A stretch of DNA of 64,000 bases, taken from the NCBI GenBank assembly GCA_964016885.1, contig OZ024745.1:124930001-124994000 (forward strand), in the 5' to 3' direction. The notes under the pieces were generated by a model, which did no database searches, had not been told where the DNA came from, and saw only the letters and a list, made by a program, of their open reading frames with translations. Below, piece after piece: positions 1 to 15,118 of this stretch (position 1 is its first letter; each line of letters begins with the position of its first letter). The translations under genes were made by a program, and so were the position numbers. The DNA comes from Eledone cirrhosa (taxonomy: Eukaryota).

Positions 1-525
1 GTAGTAGTAGTGGTAGTAGTAGTATTAGTCGTAGAAGCAGCAGCAGTAGTATTGGTAGTAGTATTAGTATCAACTGCATATTTCAAGTATAACCCGCATA
101 CTGAACGCTAAATGTTGTTTTGTATTTGTTACATTTAAAATGGAAATCCTATTTGTCTTCCAATTATCTATTAATATATTTAGTTGAAATTTTGAAAATG
201 ATTTCAATGAAGTATCATTAAAGGAATCAAGAGAACTGCTTATTTTGCACTAAAATTAATATTTACCGTAACCAATATTTTGACTTCAAAAAGGTCTATA
301 TATGATATGAATACATTTTTTAAAATAACACTTGGCATAATCAAATTAAAACTTGAAATAGGAACGAATGCAAAAATAATGTATATAAAATACAGAGAGA
401 AAACTAGTGAAAAATATACTTTAATGTTAACAAATATGAAACTTCTAATGTGGATTACAATTTTATATCATTGGAGGTACACTCATATACATGACACACA
501 AAATGCTTATGCACACACACATACA

Positions 526-606
<81 letters not shown>

Positions 607-619
607 CACACACACACAC

Positions 620-1268
<649 letters not shown>

Positions 1269-1282
1269 CATATATATATTAC

Positions 1283-1344
1283 AAGGGTGGTGCCCCAGCA
1301 TGACCTCAGCCGGATGGCTGGAACAGGTAAAAGAGGGTAAAAGA

Positions 1345-1345
<1 letters not shown>
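1283..1345 (+). mobile_element. 3' end of a cephalopod-type SINE
   Basis: gtggtgccccagcatg...acaggtaaaagag resembles a recalled octopus SINE tail. Not database-checked. Confidence 0.5.
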
Positions 1346-1392
<47 letters not shown>

Positions 1393-1401
<9 letters not shown>

Positions 1402-1779
1402 TATCAACATACGTTAACCTTGGTCTTCCTCTTCTAGTGTGTCCATGTAGGGGCTCCCAAAGGAGTACTGAGTGCAATGTCAACTCTGGATGTCGGTGAG
1501 CATGTCCAGCTAACCTCAGTCTCCTCTGTGTCACTTTTGAGCTGACTTTTGGGATGCTCCCATACAGCTCTGAGTTTTTCATCCTCAGTGTATACTGATT
1601 AATGTTCAGAGCCATCCTCAGCATTCTCGTGTAGCACCCATCCACCATCTGAGTAAGGACAGACACTGGTCTGTTGGAGATGCAGGACATGGCAGCGATA
1701 ATGAGGGACAGAGACCACTGGAGAGAACTCGTCCATGGATCTCGGGAATTTTACCCGCCTTAGATAGATATATCAGTAT
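1393..1779. mobile_element. 5'-truncated, 5'-inverted RTE-clade LINE with 12-bp TSD
   Basis: Minus 1399-1652 encodes DGCYTRMLRMALNI...RRLRLAGHAHRH...LLWEP...RRGRPRLTYVDT. Plus 1653-1763 continues VRTDTGLLEMQDMAAIMRDRDHWRELV...*. TSD atatatcagtat at 1393-1404 and 1768-1779. Confidence 0.85.
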
Positions 1780-1882
1780 GTGCAAGACATGGTCACCAGA
1801 GCTAGCATTGCCCACAACAGGGCAACTCGTTTCACCCATACTAGCGTGGAAAAATTTACGTAAAGCGGGGATGATGATGATG

Positions 1883-1919
<37 letters not shown>

Positions 1920-1944
1920 GACACACACATATATATATATATAT

Positions 1945-2235
1945 ATTGTTATACTTGAGGAGGGTCATATTCGTGTAATAGTATTGCCAGAATTAATAAC
2001 AGAACACACTCACTGTTTGGTTGGTTTTCGCTTCTGTATCTTTTATATCAGTTAATTTAAATTACTCAATGTTATCATTGACTGACCAACGGTGAAAAAT
2101 ACAGATATAATATAGACACAAACACATATATAGTCTAACAAAGCTCTCTCGTTGCACATCTGCAACATCGTCAAGTATAACAATATTTGTTTCGGCACAC
2201 GATTTCATATCAAAACCCTCGCAAAACTATATATA
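1945..2235 (-). mobile_element. PLE pseudo-LTR, subfamily A2
   Basis: Reverse complement matches 54400-54650 and 60030-60275. Contains a degenerate hammerhead (TTGACGA-TGTTGCAGATGTGCAAC-GAGA). Confidence 0.7.
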
Positions 2236-2349
2236 TATATATACAAAGGTTATATTTAATTTGTTGGAATTCAAAAAACTTAAAAAGTTTTATAACTGAT
2301 ATAAAGCACTCAACAGTTTGGTGGGGTGAATATTCATTATATTAATAAA

Positions 2350-2465
2350 TGGATGAAAAGCAAAGTAAACATCGGCGGGATTTGAACTCAGAATGGCAAG
2401 GGCTGTAACTCTATGCGTCAAAGAATGGCGTCCGACTGTCTACCGATACTGCCAATCCACCACCC
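2350..2465 (-). mobile_element. tRNA-derived SINE (Meta-domain-like), partial
   Basis: ggatgaaaagcaaagtaaacatcggcgggatttgaactcag...taccgatactgccaatccacc; matches the other copies in the window. Confidence 0.75.
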
Positions 2466-5449
2466 TTGAAAGTTTTACAATAATGTAAGTATTAGTTATG
2501 CATCATAACCACATAGTATTATACCAATGCATTATATTTAGGATTTCCCAATCTGTGGACAGCTTCATTATCTAGTATTTATTTCATATCTCTTAAGAAT
2601 ATTTCAGATCATGAGTGTACTGCTGGAAGCTAATCACTTTTTTACTGCATCGATGTACATAAGTATGCATATATATTTGTGTGTGTTTGTGTATTTTTGT
2701 GTGTATGTGTGTGTTTGTTTGTGTGTGTGTGTTTGTGTGCATGTGTGTGTCTGTGTGTGTCTGTGTGTGTCTGTGTGTGTGTATGTGTGTGTGTATGTGT
2801 GTCTGTGTGTGTGTATGCATGCACACACTACTTATTCACACACAGAAAGTGAAACCACTAGACTAACAGCCACAATAATTAATATGCTTTTAAGCCTTTA
2901 TAAAATTTGTTACACTTCAGAAGAAATCATTCGCACCACATTTAGCTAAAGTAGCATTATGTTTCATAAAGAAATCCCTGCAAGGCATGATATCAATTTT
3001 GGGATCCGTGCATAAAACAAAACAAAAAAATCCGTTTTTCATATGATGGCCATTACGCATTTTGCTATTCTATCTTCTTCCATATTTTTATATGTTATGT
3101 TATTTTTTCATTGTCATTTATGATACATTTTATCAAGTAAGATATTTTGTAGGGAAGTTGTCGCTATGATTCTAAAGAGTTATCAAGCGTTTGCTTATCA
3201 GATATGTTGTCGTGATAATGAGTCTCTTGTGAATTCCCCCCTCCAACGAAGACAGCTTTCATTAACCATTTTGAAATTGTCTTTTGTTACTTAAGAGATG
3301 TATACCTGCGAGGTAACTTGATATGAAGTTTTCATTACCGCTTGTTATAACTGTTATTAGCTTCATCAAAAACATTACTAAAACCTACACTACCCTACCA
3401 CGTCAAAATTGTCAGCTTCTCTACTACCAATAATGTTTTGTTTTAACTGTAATTCTTAGCGATATTCTTAATTATGTGGTAGTTCATATAGTTTTATTGA
3501 TGTTTTTGTTGTTATTAGATTTTTTTGTTGTTATTAGATGTTTTTGCTCAACATTTTCGTTTTCGTTTTATGTTGCCATAAAGTATTCTTCTTCTCATTA
3601 GTGTATATGACCATGTCGATAGGAAACTCGACTAGTTGTTTCGCACAACTTAATTCTGTACCAAAATGTTTTCGAGTCACGGATGATTTTTTACTTTTAC
3701 TTTCCATAATGTATCCAAGCACAAAAAGTCATTAATTTAATTGGACCCCATTTCAATCCCAGTTTTCTATATTTGATGTGGCCTTTTTTTTCAGGAAGTT
3801 TAGTAACTGTTACTTACAGATAAATGTGAAAGCACACTGCAAGTATCTTATGGAGTAATGTTAGGATTTCATATAATAGTGAATATTATTCATGAATAAT
3901 ATATTGTAAACATTAATTCGCAGCCCATAAATCTATGTTTCCTCCTCATCTACAACATTGGAAATTGGGCAAATCTTCGTATTTCTGAGAAACCTTTCAA
4001 CGAAAAGCGTCAATTTCTTTATTATCTTATTAGAAAAAATCTTAAACTCTGTGTTGTGTGGAGATGCCGTTTACTAGAAGCTTGCCACCCATCATGTGGG
4101 AGATGCGTTCAGCCCTTTAGCAGGCAGGTTAACTCGGAATTCGCAAGCTAGAAGAATGTTCATGTTCCCTTAGTAATTTCAGAATTATTATGTAAATGAA
4201 TATATCGATCATGTAAAGAAGACGTATACAGAGATAGTATAGTAAAAGTACTATTAATATCAGTGTTGTTTCACTATGAAAAATAATCGAATTGGTTGGG
4301 CATGTAAACCCTAGAAAAAGGAAGGAAATTATACAGCACTACCTGTGGGATTCGAACCCATACCTGCAATAGTCCGTATAACGGCAATATTATTAGCCTA
4401 ATCTTGAAGGAGGCCAACATCGTTCTAGGCTTTAACTTGGAATATAGCGTTCAAATCCAGCTAACGGTAACCTTACATAATACAGTATACACTTCATGTT
4501 ATAAATAGAGAAATAATATATTTCTTTTACAATAACCTAAAAGTCAACTTTGCCTTTTATACTTTCAAGGCCGTTACAAAAATTACCAGTTTAATATTGG
4601 GATCGATTCTTCCTCTATATCTCTTTCTTAATTCCATTCTCTCACTCACTTCTCTGAAAGAAATCTCATATATTCAGACCTGGAGAGGAAATGGACTCCA
4701 CCATGTTATACAAATGCCATAAAAACGTCGTTGTCAATACGACACTCCTACGACTCCATATGAGTTACAGGACGATGCATGCCATAATATAAAAAGAATT
4801 CAAAGTAGCATATGATACCTTATCTCTGTTTCCTATATATTGTTATTACTCAATTGTGTTTTGCGATTTATATATTTTTGGTTGACCTCCTCACTCTCTC
4901 ATAATACGTCTGTTACAATATATTTTGAAAAGTATATTTCGTTTTGTTTAAATTTATTTTTAAAGAATATGTATGTGCTTCTCAAACAGGTTCATGACTC
5001 CAAGCTGTTTGTTTCTGATGTGTTTTAGTTAATATTAACAAAGTACTTTATTAAAAAACCATACAATCTACTATGCTATTTGAACATATTTTAATTAATT
5101 TATGAAGTATTTTCATTTATGTATTTCTTCTTTATTTACACTTTAATTTAATAATTGAAATTATTGTTAAAAGGCGTAGTAGTAATTCAATTAGAAAACA
5201 AATAGATAAATATAGAAGAAAAAATGTTCCATCAGACTACACTGTTGAAATGTGTTTTCCAATTGATATTTTAATTATCTTCCCATAAATATCAAGGAAG
5301 GATGCGAATACTTTGGAAATTCAACGTACCTAAGAGAAATAAACACAGCAGAGTAAATAGAATATATACTAGTATAATTATTATAATCATCAAATACTAA
5401 AGTCGTGTATATATCTTGCAGCAATCCCGTTACCACCATTGTCACCGTT

Positions 5450-6810
5450 ATTTCCCTGTCGGTATATGGATGGCTAGATATAAATTTGTCTCCTATAGAC
5501 CTATATATCAAGTATCATTTGTATTGTTTATGTTATGCCGAGACATTGAGCAGGAAGTTCACCTCTATATCCAACATCTTCACCCAGCCATACAAAACAC
5601 AATTTTCCTAATGGGTTCTTTTATAATAAATGCCAGACAAATACGGTGTAAGCGCCAAGCATTTTGGGAGACTCTCAGTGTTCTTCAAAAGCGACGATCT
5701 TGGAAAGAAGTACTCCGTGGTCCCTTCTGAAACGGACCAAATCATAATGTTCCCCTCTTACATTGGAAGAAGGACAATAGAAATATGAATTGCTGGGAAC
5801 TCACCAGAATTCGACATGTGGTGGATCCTACTATGCATCTCTCTGAAGGGAAAGTAACACTTCCTATTCATTTTCAACTATTTCCGAAGTATTCGATCCA
5901 GCTTAGACATTTCAATATTTGACCAGTTAATAATATCAAATCTATAATTTAAGATCCTTGTAGCTGAAGTATTTTTTGCAACTACTGTTTCTGGTATTTA
6001 GCTCTGTCATGATTATTGCACTTGCGAGTAAAATTCGCCATGCTTCCGCAGTAAGGATAAAAGGTATTTTAAAATAGGTGATATTTTATAACTTTCTGGG
6101 CTGGTTGGGACAATCTCCTCAAATAATCTTACTTATAAAAATCTGATGTTTTCCACCATATGACCCATTGGGGAAGATGGCATTTATTGAGAAGTTATAC
6201 GTGTATTTAGTCAAAACATGTGAATATATTTTCTATAGTTAAACAGGTTATCGCCCTATAGCTTTTAGTTGCCTTTGCTTTTTCATTTTGCCAAGGTACG
6301 AATGTAACACCTTTAACTAACCAATGCATCTAATTAGGTTCCTGCCTTACAATGTTGTAGAATCGAGTCAGTATTTCATTGTTTTCTGTAAAATCATTCA
6401 ACGAAAATTTAGGAATCTTATCATTTCCTGGAGACTTCCATTTGCTTGATTTTCTGAAAGCAGATCTTACATCTTGTAACTTGATATCCCCAACTCCTTC
6501 TCTGAAACGTGAGCCAAGTCGGTAGATAATCTATCAATCCAAGGAACATTTTTATTATCGGCGTTTTCTTCTGCACACATTCTATTCCCAAATTCCTACA
6601 CTTCTTTTTTTACTATAAATTACGTTTATCTCATCCTGCTTTATGATCATCTCGCTTCCTATCCTCCTCCCCAACATTAATGATATTTGATAAAGTATTA
6701 TGCGACATTTTACTGGAGCGACCAGGCAAATAAATCTGTCAGTACACAATGTTTTTTGAAAATTGAAGTATTTCCTTAGCAACGTGCCAATTGTGAACTG
6801 GCTACTTCAT
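5450..6810 (-). pseudogene. Decayed non-LTR RT fragment, R4/Dong-like
   Basis: Minus-strand translations include KWKSPGNDKIP, WLVKGVTFVP..KSYRAITCL and LSWIEY, resembling the R4-type WKAPGPD / NYRPITCL / AWIDY motifs. Many stops and frameshifts. Confidence 0.6.
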
Positions 6811-8597
6811 CTTCTTATCTTTGCCAATGATAATTTGCAACGAAATAACGTAGATATGAAGCGACATACTAAACATTCTTAAGGGCTGCATTTCAAATCC
6901 AACTTTGTTTTCAGGAAAACATTTGAAATATCATTAAGTGTATCTTTGAGTATTAAAAAGACTGTGATAAAGTATACTGTTGAAGTAGTTGACACAATTT
7001 TATAACATATATCTAGGGATCTTTATAAACGACCTATAGCAAACTATCTACTACAGTTGAAATAACAGGAGTCAATTACCAAACATATTTTTCTTTTTGT
7101 TTGTAGGTAGAATATCAATAAAATGATTTGTGGTGTTGACTTCAATTAATGAAGGGATAAAAGCTGCAATATTCATAATTCTGCATAGGATATATCTAAT
7201 CGATATAAAAATTCAACAATGGTGAATGCAACAGTAACTCATATGTTTCATTATTTCATTATACTACATTATGCTACTGCCTTTCTGCGGGTCTACTATT
7301 GCAAATTTAATCGGCTATAAACATTTTCGAAGATTGCTTATGTTTTCTGTACAATAGTACACTGAAATCTATACCGCCATTTTGTACGCATAGATTTGAA
7401 CTAAATGAAATAGATAATACACAATAATAGCAATATCATTAACAATACTTTTTTCTTTCGTTTCATATAGTTGGAAATAATGACGTCAGCTTTCAATTTA
7501 GCAAATATGCATGTCATGGGAAATATCACAATAAAATATGTACGTGCTTTTCGTTATTATATAGATCCGCATCAGCATACATTTATTAAATATATCTATT
7601 TTCAAACTCCAGTCTTGTCTACGTCATTAAAATGCATGAACTTGGAAATCACAGACATTTATAAGATGTTATTCATTAATATTTTTTGAAGATTAAAATA
7701 AGAAACAAATATTGCATTTAAAAACGTTTTATTATTCAATTATTCATTAGATGTTGAAGAAAATATAATATGATCTTATTTAATGGAAGATACACATTTA
7801 GGCTGGCTTGTCTTCGCTTTAAGACTTTTACATGTAAACCGTATGTATGAACTGCAGATTTGCCTCATCATATAATTAGTAAATTCTAGTATCATGTACT
7901 ATAATTACCATTTAGGCAATGAATATATATAATTGCAGTATGTCGAATTTTTTGAGATGTTACAATCAAAGGATTTAAATGGCAAGACACGCTTAATAGA
8001 ATACAGCCGATGAATGATTGAAGCCGATGTCAGCAATCTGAGGGTATAGTGAATACCACTTGTCCAAGCTGCTCTGCAATAGGGTAGCTGAGAACTGTAC
8101 TTCGTCGTCACTGTAGTGAGAACTTTGAATGGACATAGCCATGTTTTGTGTAATATATTTAGATCTGCTTCGTAAAGAATAATATTGAATAATATTGAAT
8201 CCTATAGAAAACTTTGAATAATTTTTCAAATATAAAATCTAATATATAATATTAAATTTCATATCGCAGATGATTTTGAAAATATATGATTAATTATCTT
8301 TCCTTTAAAGCTGTTTAAGAGATATCCTGTAACCATTTCCTAATACCATTTCCTGATTATACATACAAGATTATCGATAGGAAATAAGTCATGCTAGGAA
8401 AACAGCTGCTCTAATATCATGTAGGTATGAATAAACCACGGGAAATATCAAAGCCGAAACTACGCATAATTTTCAAAAGACTATTTCAACATAGCAAAAT
8501 TTCTTTGCGACTAGCAACAAGAAACGTATATATAATATGATGGTCCATTACGAGGTAGGGGATATTCAAATGCCTTCAAACACATAAGTGTTCAGGT

Positions 8598-8700
8598 TAC
8601 ATAAAATGACTTATATGCGGTGCAAATGGCAAGAAATAACTTATAAGTGGTTGTACATGACATAAAATGACTTATAAGTAGTGCACGTGACATAAAAGAA
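8598..8700. repeat. ~30-bp minisatellite, ~3.5 copies
   Basis: Repeated unit acataaaatgacttataagt(g/a)gtgcacgtg, with variation. Confidence 0.65.
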
Positions 8701-9044
8701 ACGCTTATATTTGTTTCGTTTTAGTTCACTATTATTTCGAAAAATTGTAATGTATCAAATAATGTTTTCGCCTATACGACAAAGTATTATCTTTAAGTAT
8801 TATCTTTACATATCTTCATCTTAGTTCTGTAACAACGTATGTGTTCACAGGGAGGTCCTAGTGGCATACAACTTGTCTTGTACACTTTTAAACCGACAGG
8901 AAGCCCAACCCCCACCCACCCGCCCTCGAGATCTGAACATAGCCAATTTCTTCTAGAGGACGAGTGAGATAGGCTGAAAGAAAGGAAGTGAGAAAGAATA
9001 TATATATATATATATATATTCTTTGTCACTTCCTTTCTTTCAGA

Positions 9045-9091
<47 letters not shown>

Positions 9092-9093
<2 letters not shown>

Positions 9094-9267
9094 CGAAGGA
9101 AATGTGGTAAGGAACCAGGTGGACCATAACGCACCAAAGTACTCAATACTTGGGGTAGTAGAGTGGGTAATAGGAACCAGTAAGACCCCTACAGCTGAGC
9201 TCAAGCCGTTTCGAATTAGCCGTCGAAACGGCTTGAGCTCAGCTGTCAGGGTCTTACTGGTTCCTAT
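9092..9267 (-). mobile_element. Fold-back PLE end, family K
   Basis: Arms 9169-9214 / 9223-9267 with the tail on the left (9092-9168). Homologous to 1075-1268, with (AT)n on both sides. Confidence 0.8.
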
Positions 9268-9284
9268 ATATATATATATATATA

Positions 9285-10024
9285 TATAAAGAGGAAAATG
9301 CGAAGTTGAAGATCTTACAGTCCTTTATTAATTGAACCACTACACATATTTCTATGACGATAGCTATCGTCATTTCTTCAGACAGAAAAGATTGATTCAA
9401 AGGTAACATTTCCGAGCCAACCGAAAATCCAAAACATTCTAAATTTCAGACGTTAAAAGTTAGAAGTCCAGAAAACTAAACAACAGTCAATATACAAAGA
9501 GTATTATCTGTTTAAAGTGTATATTCGCTTTAGGGATTGAGTTCAGAACTGGATATTAACTTGTGATGACACCCCACGGGAAAAAACCTGGCCTCTAATC
9601 GAGAATGATCGTATAGTGTTGTTCGCCGAGGTGGTGGGGGACTGGTAGCTAGAGAGAACAAATAAGGTTGGTAGTATTCTAGGTGGTTGTGGAGTGGTCA
9701 GCGACACACAGCTCTCTGCGACCCCACAGGGCGATGTTCTGAAAGTTTTAAGGGAGCCGACACCCCCCCAAAAAACATACATATTTTTGGTCCGTTCCCT
9801 ACCACCAAAAATCGCCTCGGAAATGTTATCTTTGAATCAATTTATTGTGTCTGAAGATATCACGATATCTATCGTCATGGAAATACGCATAATGGCTCAA
9901 TTGATAAAGGACTCTAACATCTTAAACTTTACATTTTCCTCTTTATAAATATACTCCGTCATTTCTTCTTTTTAAGAAGTAATATGACGTTGAGTGCTAG
10001 AAGTGAATTGCATCCTTGTATGCC

Positions 10025-10027
<3 letters not shown>
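9285..10027. mobile_element. Inverted PLE ends, family D
   Basis: Diverged inverted arms ~9285-9425 / 9808-9947 plus a right-side tail to 10027. Hammerhead-like cores CTGAAGA...GAAA at 9337-9385 (-) and 9846-9895 (+). Confidence 0.7.
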
Positions 10028-10109
<82 letters not shown>

Positions 10110-10610
10110 GAAAAAGTAAATATTTAAGTATGACAATGCTGTGATTTTAAACAATTACTGTTTTGATTATGCACATTTGTAACTCTAAGTTACGACTTAT
10201 CGAAAAATATGACAACATCCATCCAACTATGATTAATCCATCTTTTCTCACGGATAGCTTTCTCCTATAATCTCAGTATTATGAAATTTCTGTATTTATC
10301 ATATTGATAGAAGTATTTAACATATTGATATAGTAATATTACAGACACTAATAGTATTCTTTCTAGAACGATATTATAACTTCTATTATTTTATTAATTC
10401 TAACCTTTTATAATAGTGATTCTGTTAGAATATTGATGATATATTCAAAATTACCGAAATAGTAATTCTCACCCCAAATATCCAAATTAATAATGTAGCT
10501 GACAACTACGCAGTAGAATGAGGTCCATTTGCTTTTGACGATGTATAACTGTATGTAGGAAAGTTATTTAACTTTCAAACGTCCTACCGCTGCAAGCGAC
10601 TAATGTAGAA

Positions 10611-10797
10611 AATAACTGTTTCTACTTTAGGCACAAGGCCAGCAATTACCCAGTGAATTACTGGTACTTTATTTTATCGACCCCGTAAGGATGAAAGACA
10701 AAGTCAACCTCGGCGGGATTTGAACTTAGATCGTAAAGGGACGTAACTATGCTGGAAAGCATGGCGTCCGACTCTCTACCGATACTGCCAATCCACC
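10611..10797 (-). mobile_element. tRNA-derived SINE (Meta-domain-like) with 16-bp TSD
   Basis: B-box-like gttcaaatccc on the minus strand and a tttcatccttacggggtcgataaaataaagtaccag core. TSD taatgtagaaaataac at 10601-10616 and 10798-10813. Confidence 0.85.
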
Positions 10798-10849
10798 TAA
10801 TGTAGAAAATAACGAGCAGATTTGGTGAAATTAGAAAACGATTTATTAG

Positions 10850-11010
10850 AATAGTGTCTCTATGTTTCCAACTGATCCAGTTGGATTCCCGAGCCAAACC
10901 ATCCCAGATCATGGATGTTATCCAACCATCTTCCACGGGGCCTGCCCCTGGGTCTCCTACCGGTTGGCTGTGCTCGACAGTTGCTTCGGACTGGACCAGC
11001 CCCATGGCCC
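10850..11010 (-). pseudogene. RTE LINE 3' fragment
   Basis: Minus frame PTGRRPRGRPRGRWLDNIHDL; same family as 28440-28700. Confidence 0.7.
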
Positions 11011-13454
11011 TCTCAGAAATAAGTAGGCAAAGAAGAAGAGTGGCCGTATGTAACGTGGAAAATGACTGAATGCATCAAGCTGCCTCTTCGTGGATATACA
11101 CAAAAAGATTATATGTGATGGTTATTGTCTCAATCTATTCATTGAAATACATCAATTTGATTACGTCAATCGACATTTGCAAAATATTAGAAGGGGTTTT
11201 GTTAATTTGATGCCACATACAATTATGTAAATAGTTACAGATGAAGTCTATACTATTAAAGTAGACTGACCAGCGTCCTCTGTCATCAGTTGATATGAAA
11301 ATAAATGGAGGTGTATGAATAAGCCTCCCGTATATGGTATCTATTTGATAACATCAAAGTATCTAATTCCAAGATAAATGTATTTTCAGTGAGAAATAAT
11401 GAAAATAGTTTAATCATGACACAGTTTTCTGGAAAATAAGTATGAGTAATTATTACAAATGTTCAAACATTCTGAAATTAATTTCGTAGTTACGCTCATT
11501 TATTTTAATTCCATTGAAACATTATATGACATTTTCTAACACACCAACTAATTTAACATCTGATATGTATGTGATAGCATTACGAATATCAACAACGCAA
11601 GGTAAAGATTGAGCATATGGTCTATCTACTTAATAGTCTCTTAGGCACGCTCCCCCAAAATCTATGTAGATAAGGTAACTGAATTAAATACACATTTATA
11701 AATCTTTTTCTGTATCATGGTTTATATTGGCAGTGCATTTGATGCAGTGCATATGTATAAAAATGGGTGGAAGATCTATACATAAAACCTCATTACAAAA
11801 TTTGATACATGATTTAATTCAAATCTCAAATTTCAAATTTCAAAACGACAGATGGCTACTAACAAAGCACCATTAGACGGTCATAAAAGCATAACTTGAA
11901 GTAAATACTATATGACACAATTTTATTAGATATTTTGGATTTCTACATTTGCCAAAAAAGTGTGTATATTGTTCACATTTCTTGTAATTTCTGGGTTTCC
12001 CATTAACAGCAAACCAACAGTTTCAAATCTAGAACATAGTGATAGTGTTTTCCTATATGTTCGAGCTCGTCACCGTATCCAGTGGTTGGATCATTATGGC
12101 TACTCCCGCAGAGAATTATTATCGTTATATGATTTGTATATATGTAATTGATGGTTGAGCTCTATAGATCTCATATTTACGTGGATTTAAGTGGTTAATA
12201 AGTAATGGAATAGAATATCTAAATATTCTCACATGCCGTGGTCTGTAAACTTGGAAGTGAAAGAGATCTGCGTCTTGTTATTTTACTGAAGATCAGTTTG
12301 ATGTTTTCTCTTCTTTTGATTTCGTATTTTAGAAATCATTTAAAAGAATGCCAACGACAAATACATTGTGAAGGATTTATACGATGATTATAGATGTGTT
12401 TATAATGAAGGCTGTAGTAGTAGTATTGATGCTAGGCTCTGTAGTAGTTCTGCTACTGGTTTTATTTTAAATCATCCTTTGAAATATTATTTCAAATGTG
12501 ATTAAGGAGGACATGTTTAAAGAAAAATAATTTCCATGGTCACTTCTTTAATTTTTCATTAGATTGTGCAGTTTCAAGTTTAGTTTGATGAATGTTAAGT
12601 ATTAGATTTTCATGCAATCTCCAGGGATCCGATCGTTTTAAATTAACCTCGCTAAGTTCAATGATATTTGAAAATAAAATAAAATGAAATATTGATCAAT
12701 CAGTATTTAAAGAAAAATAATCATCGTTTGCTGATTTTATTTTATTTTTAATGACGCAACATTTTATTGTTTAGATGCTAGTAATGATCAAGCCACATTG
12801 CATAATTAATAACCATTACATCATACAACAATTTCTTTTCTAATTATGTTTAATGACTACTAAAAATGAGCTATTCAATGAGACACACAACTCCATGATC
12901 AGGGGACCAATATTTAAGGACAATTAAACATCTGAAAGGCCATATCTAATGCCGTTCATGAAGATATGATTTCAAAACTTTAAATTTCCTAAATAATCAT
13001 CAAATTAGTTTAATACCAATTAATGATTTTTTATTGCAATATAGAAACTGATTTTAAGTATTAGCTTCGTGGATTCATTTAGTACATGAAATATCAATGA
13101 ATAACTAGGACGATAAAGATACATTTTAGGCTCATATCAAATATATCATATTCTATGAACAATACATATTAATGATAACATGAGTATAACATGAGCTGGA
13201 AGTATTGAGAGGATAAACATTACAACTCTTCCGCAATGGTTAGTGTGTTCCGGTATAAATAAGATTTCAAATAATAGACATGATTATTTAAAAAGAATAG
13301 TGTTTTTCTCTTGCATATGGTCCCTTTCAAAATGTTCGTATCTACTTCATTTCAAGACTTATTATCATACACCTCTTTTGACATCATTGATGAATATGAA
13401 GCCTAACACTAGTAGCTTCCGGTTTAAAATGGCTCGTAGGTTTCATTGTTATTG

Positions 13455-13504
<50 letters not shown>

Positions 13505-13629
13505 AATAAAATATAGAGTTATTAACTCATATTGATACCCTGCAATTAACAAGCTCAAAGTATACATACTGATTATTATAATATTATATTTAGACGCAGA
13601 ATTTACTGTGTTTACATCTACACATATTA

Positions 13630-13669
<40 letters not shown>

Positions 13670-13799
13670 ACATATATAACTTATGGTCTTCTAAATGTTT
13701 TTAATTAAACATACAGTATATTGCGAAATATACTATACATACATTCATTCATGTATACGTCGCTATTTCAGAGCACCAAATCCAATATATATTTATATA

Positions 13800-13944
<145 letters not shown>

Positions 13945-14174
13945 CAATTGTCAATACCTGAAATAAAGCCCTTTATTGTACAGCCAACCATGTTACTCTT
14001 CATTCTTTCACTATTATTACTCCAAGTATAACCTACATAGGAATTACCGTGAACTCGCTACCTACCTATGGAAACATTTTGTTGAGTTAAACATTACGTT
14101 AAAACCATCCACGATGCAGAGTACTCAGAACCTTTAACTGGATTACCTAAAACGGTAACTTTCTACGCCATATA

Positions 14175-14217
<43 letters not shown>

Positions 14218-14370
14218 ATAAATGCTCTGAAATAGCGATATATATGTGAATATAGACATAGAATATTCGAAAATATTCTGTATGTTTATAATAAACATTT
14301 TGAAGCCCTAATCGCTATAGAATAGAATACGTCACGTATTACAATTAGATTCTCGATAAAAGCAAGGGAA

Positions 14371-14413
14371 GTAATCTACGCGTTTCATTCTCGTTAGAAA
14401 TCATCAGGACTAC
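14371..14413 (-). ncRNA. Type I minimal hammerhead ribozyme (family B)
   Basis: GTAGTC-CTGATGA-TTTCTAACGAGAAT-GAAA-CGCG-TA^-GATTAC on the minus strand. Confidence 0.85.
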
Positions 14414-14680
14414 ATATCCAGTGCTTTTATCGAGAATGACACAGCTAGAGACTTATAGAATACTTAGCTGTGTACAGGAACTGGTTTGAAAGAGCGGTTG
14501 CCGGTCCGGCAGAAATTAGAAATTGGAATAAATGCTCTGAAATAGCGATATATATGTGAATATAGACATAGAATATTCGAAAATATTCTGTATGTTTATA
14601 ATAAACATTTTGAAGACCTAATCGCTATAGAATAGAATACGTCACGTATTACAATTAGATTCTCGATAAAAGCAAGGGAA

Positions 14681-14723
14681 GTAATCTACGCGTTTCATTC
14701 TCGTTAGAAATCATCAGGACTAC
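14681..14723 (-). ncRNA. Type I minimal hammerhead ribozyme (family B, second tandem unit)
   Basis: Identical to 14371-14413. Confidence 0.85.
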
Positions 14724-15118
14724 ATATCCAGTGCTTTTATCGAGAATGACACAGCTAGAGACTTATAGAATACTTAGCTGTGTACAGGAACTGGTTTGAA
14801 AGAGCGGTTGCCGGTCCGGCAGAAATTAGAAATTGGAATAAATGCTCTGAAATAGCGATATATTATCGAGAATCTAATTGTAATACGTGACGTATTCTAT
14901 TCTATAGCGATTAGGTCTTCAAAATGTTTATTATAAACATACAGAATATTTTCGAATATTCTATGTCTATATTCACATATATATCGCTATTTCAGAGCAT
15001 TTATTCCAATTTCTAATTTCTGCCGGACCGGCAACCGCTCTTTCAAACCAGTTCCTGTACACAGCTAAGTATTCTATAAGTCTCTAGCTGTGTCATTCTC
15101 GATAAAAGCACTGGATAT

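Noticed and set aside
4340-4380. tRNA-like B box (gggttcgaatccc on the minus strand)
   Set aside because: No cloverleaf can be built; likely a decayed SINE head rather than a tRNA gene.
7471-7539. Possible small host exon (pyrimidine tract-AG ... GTACGT)
   Set aside because: Splice-like signals and open frames, but no recognisable peptide; expected by chance in AT-rich DNA. Needs RNA-seq.
11247-11285. TCTATACTATTAAAG resembling a Helitron 5' end
   Set aside because: Not preceded by A, and no matching hairpin-CTAG 3' end was found.
14213-14862. Regular repeats that might suggest a CRISPR array or satellite
   Set aside because: Units are 310 bp and contiguous with no unique spacers; eukaryotic context and no cas genes.
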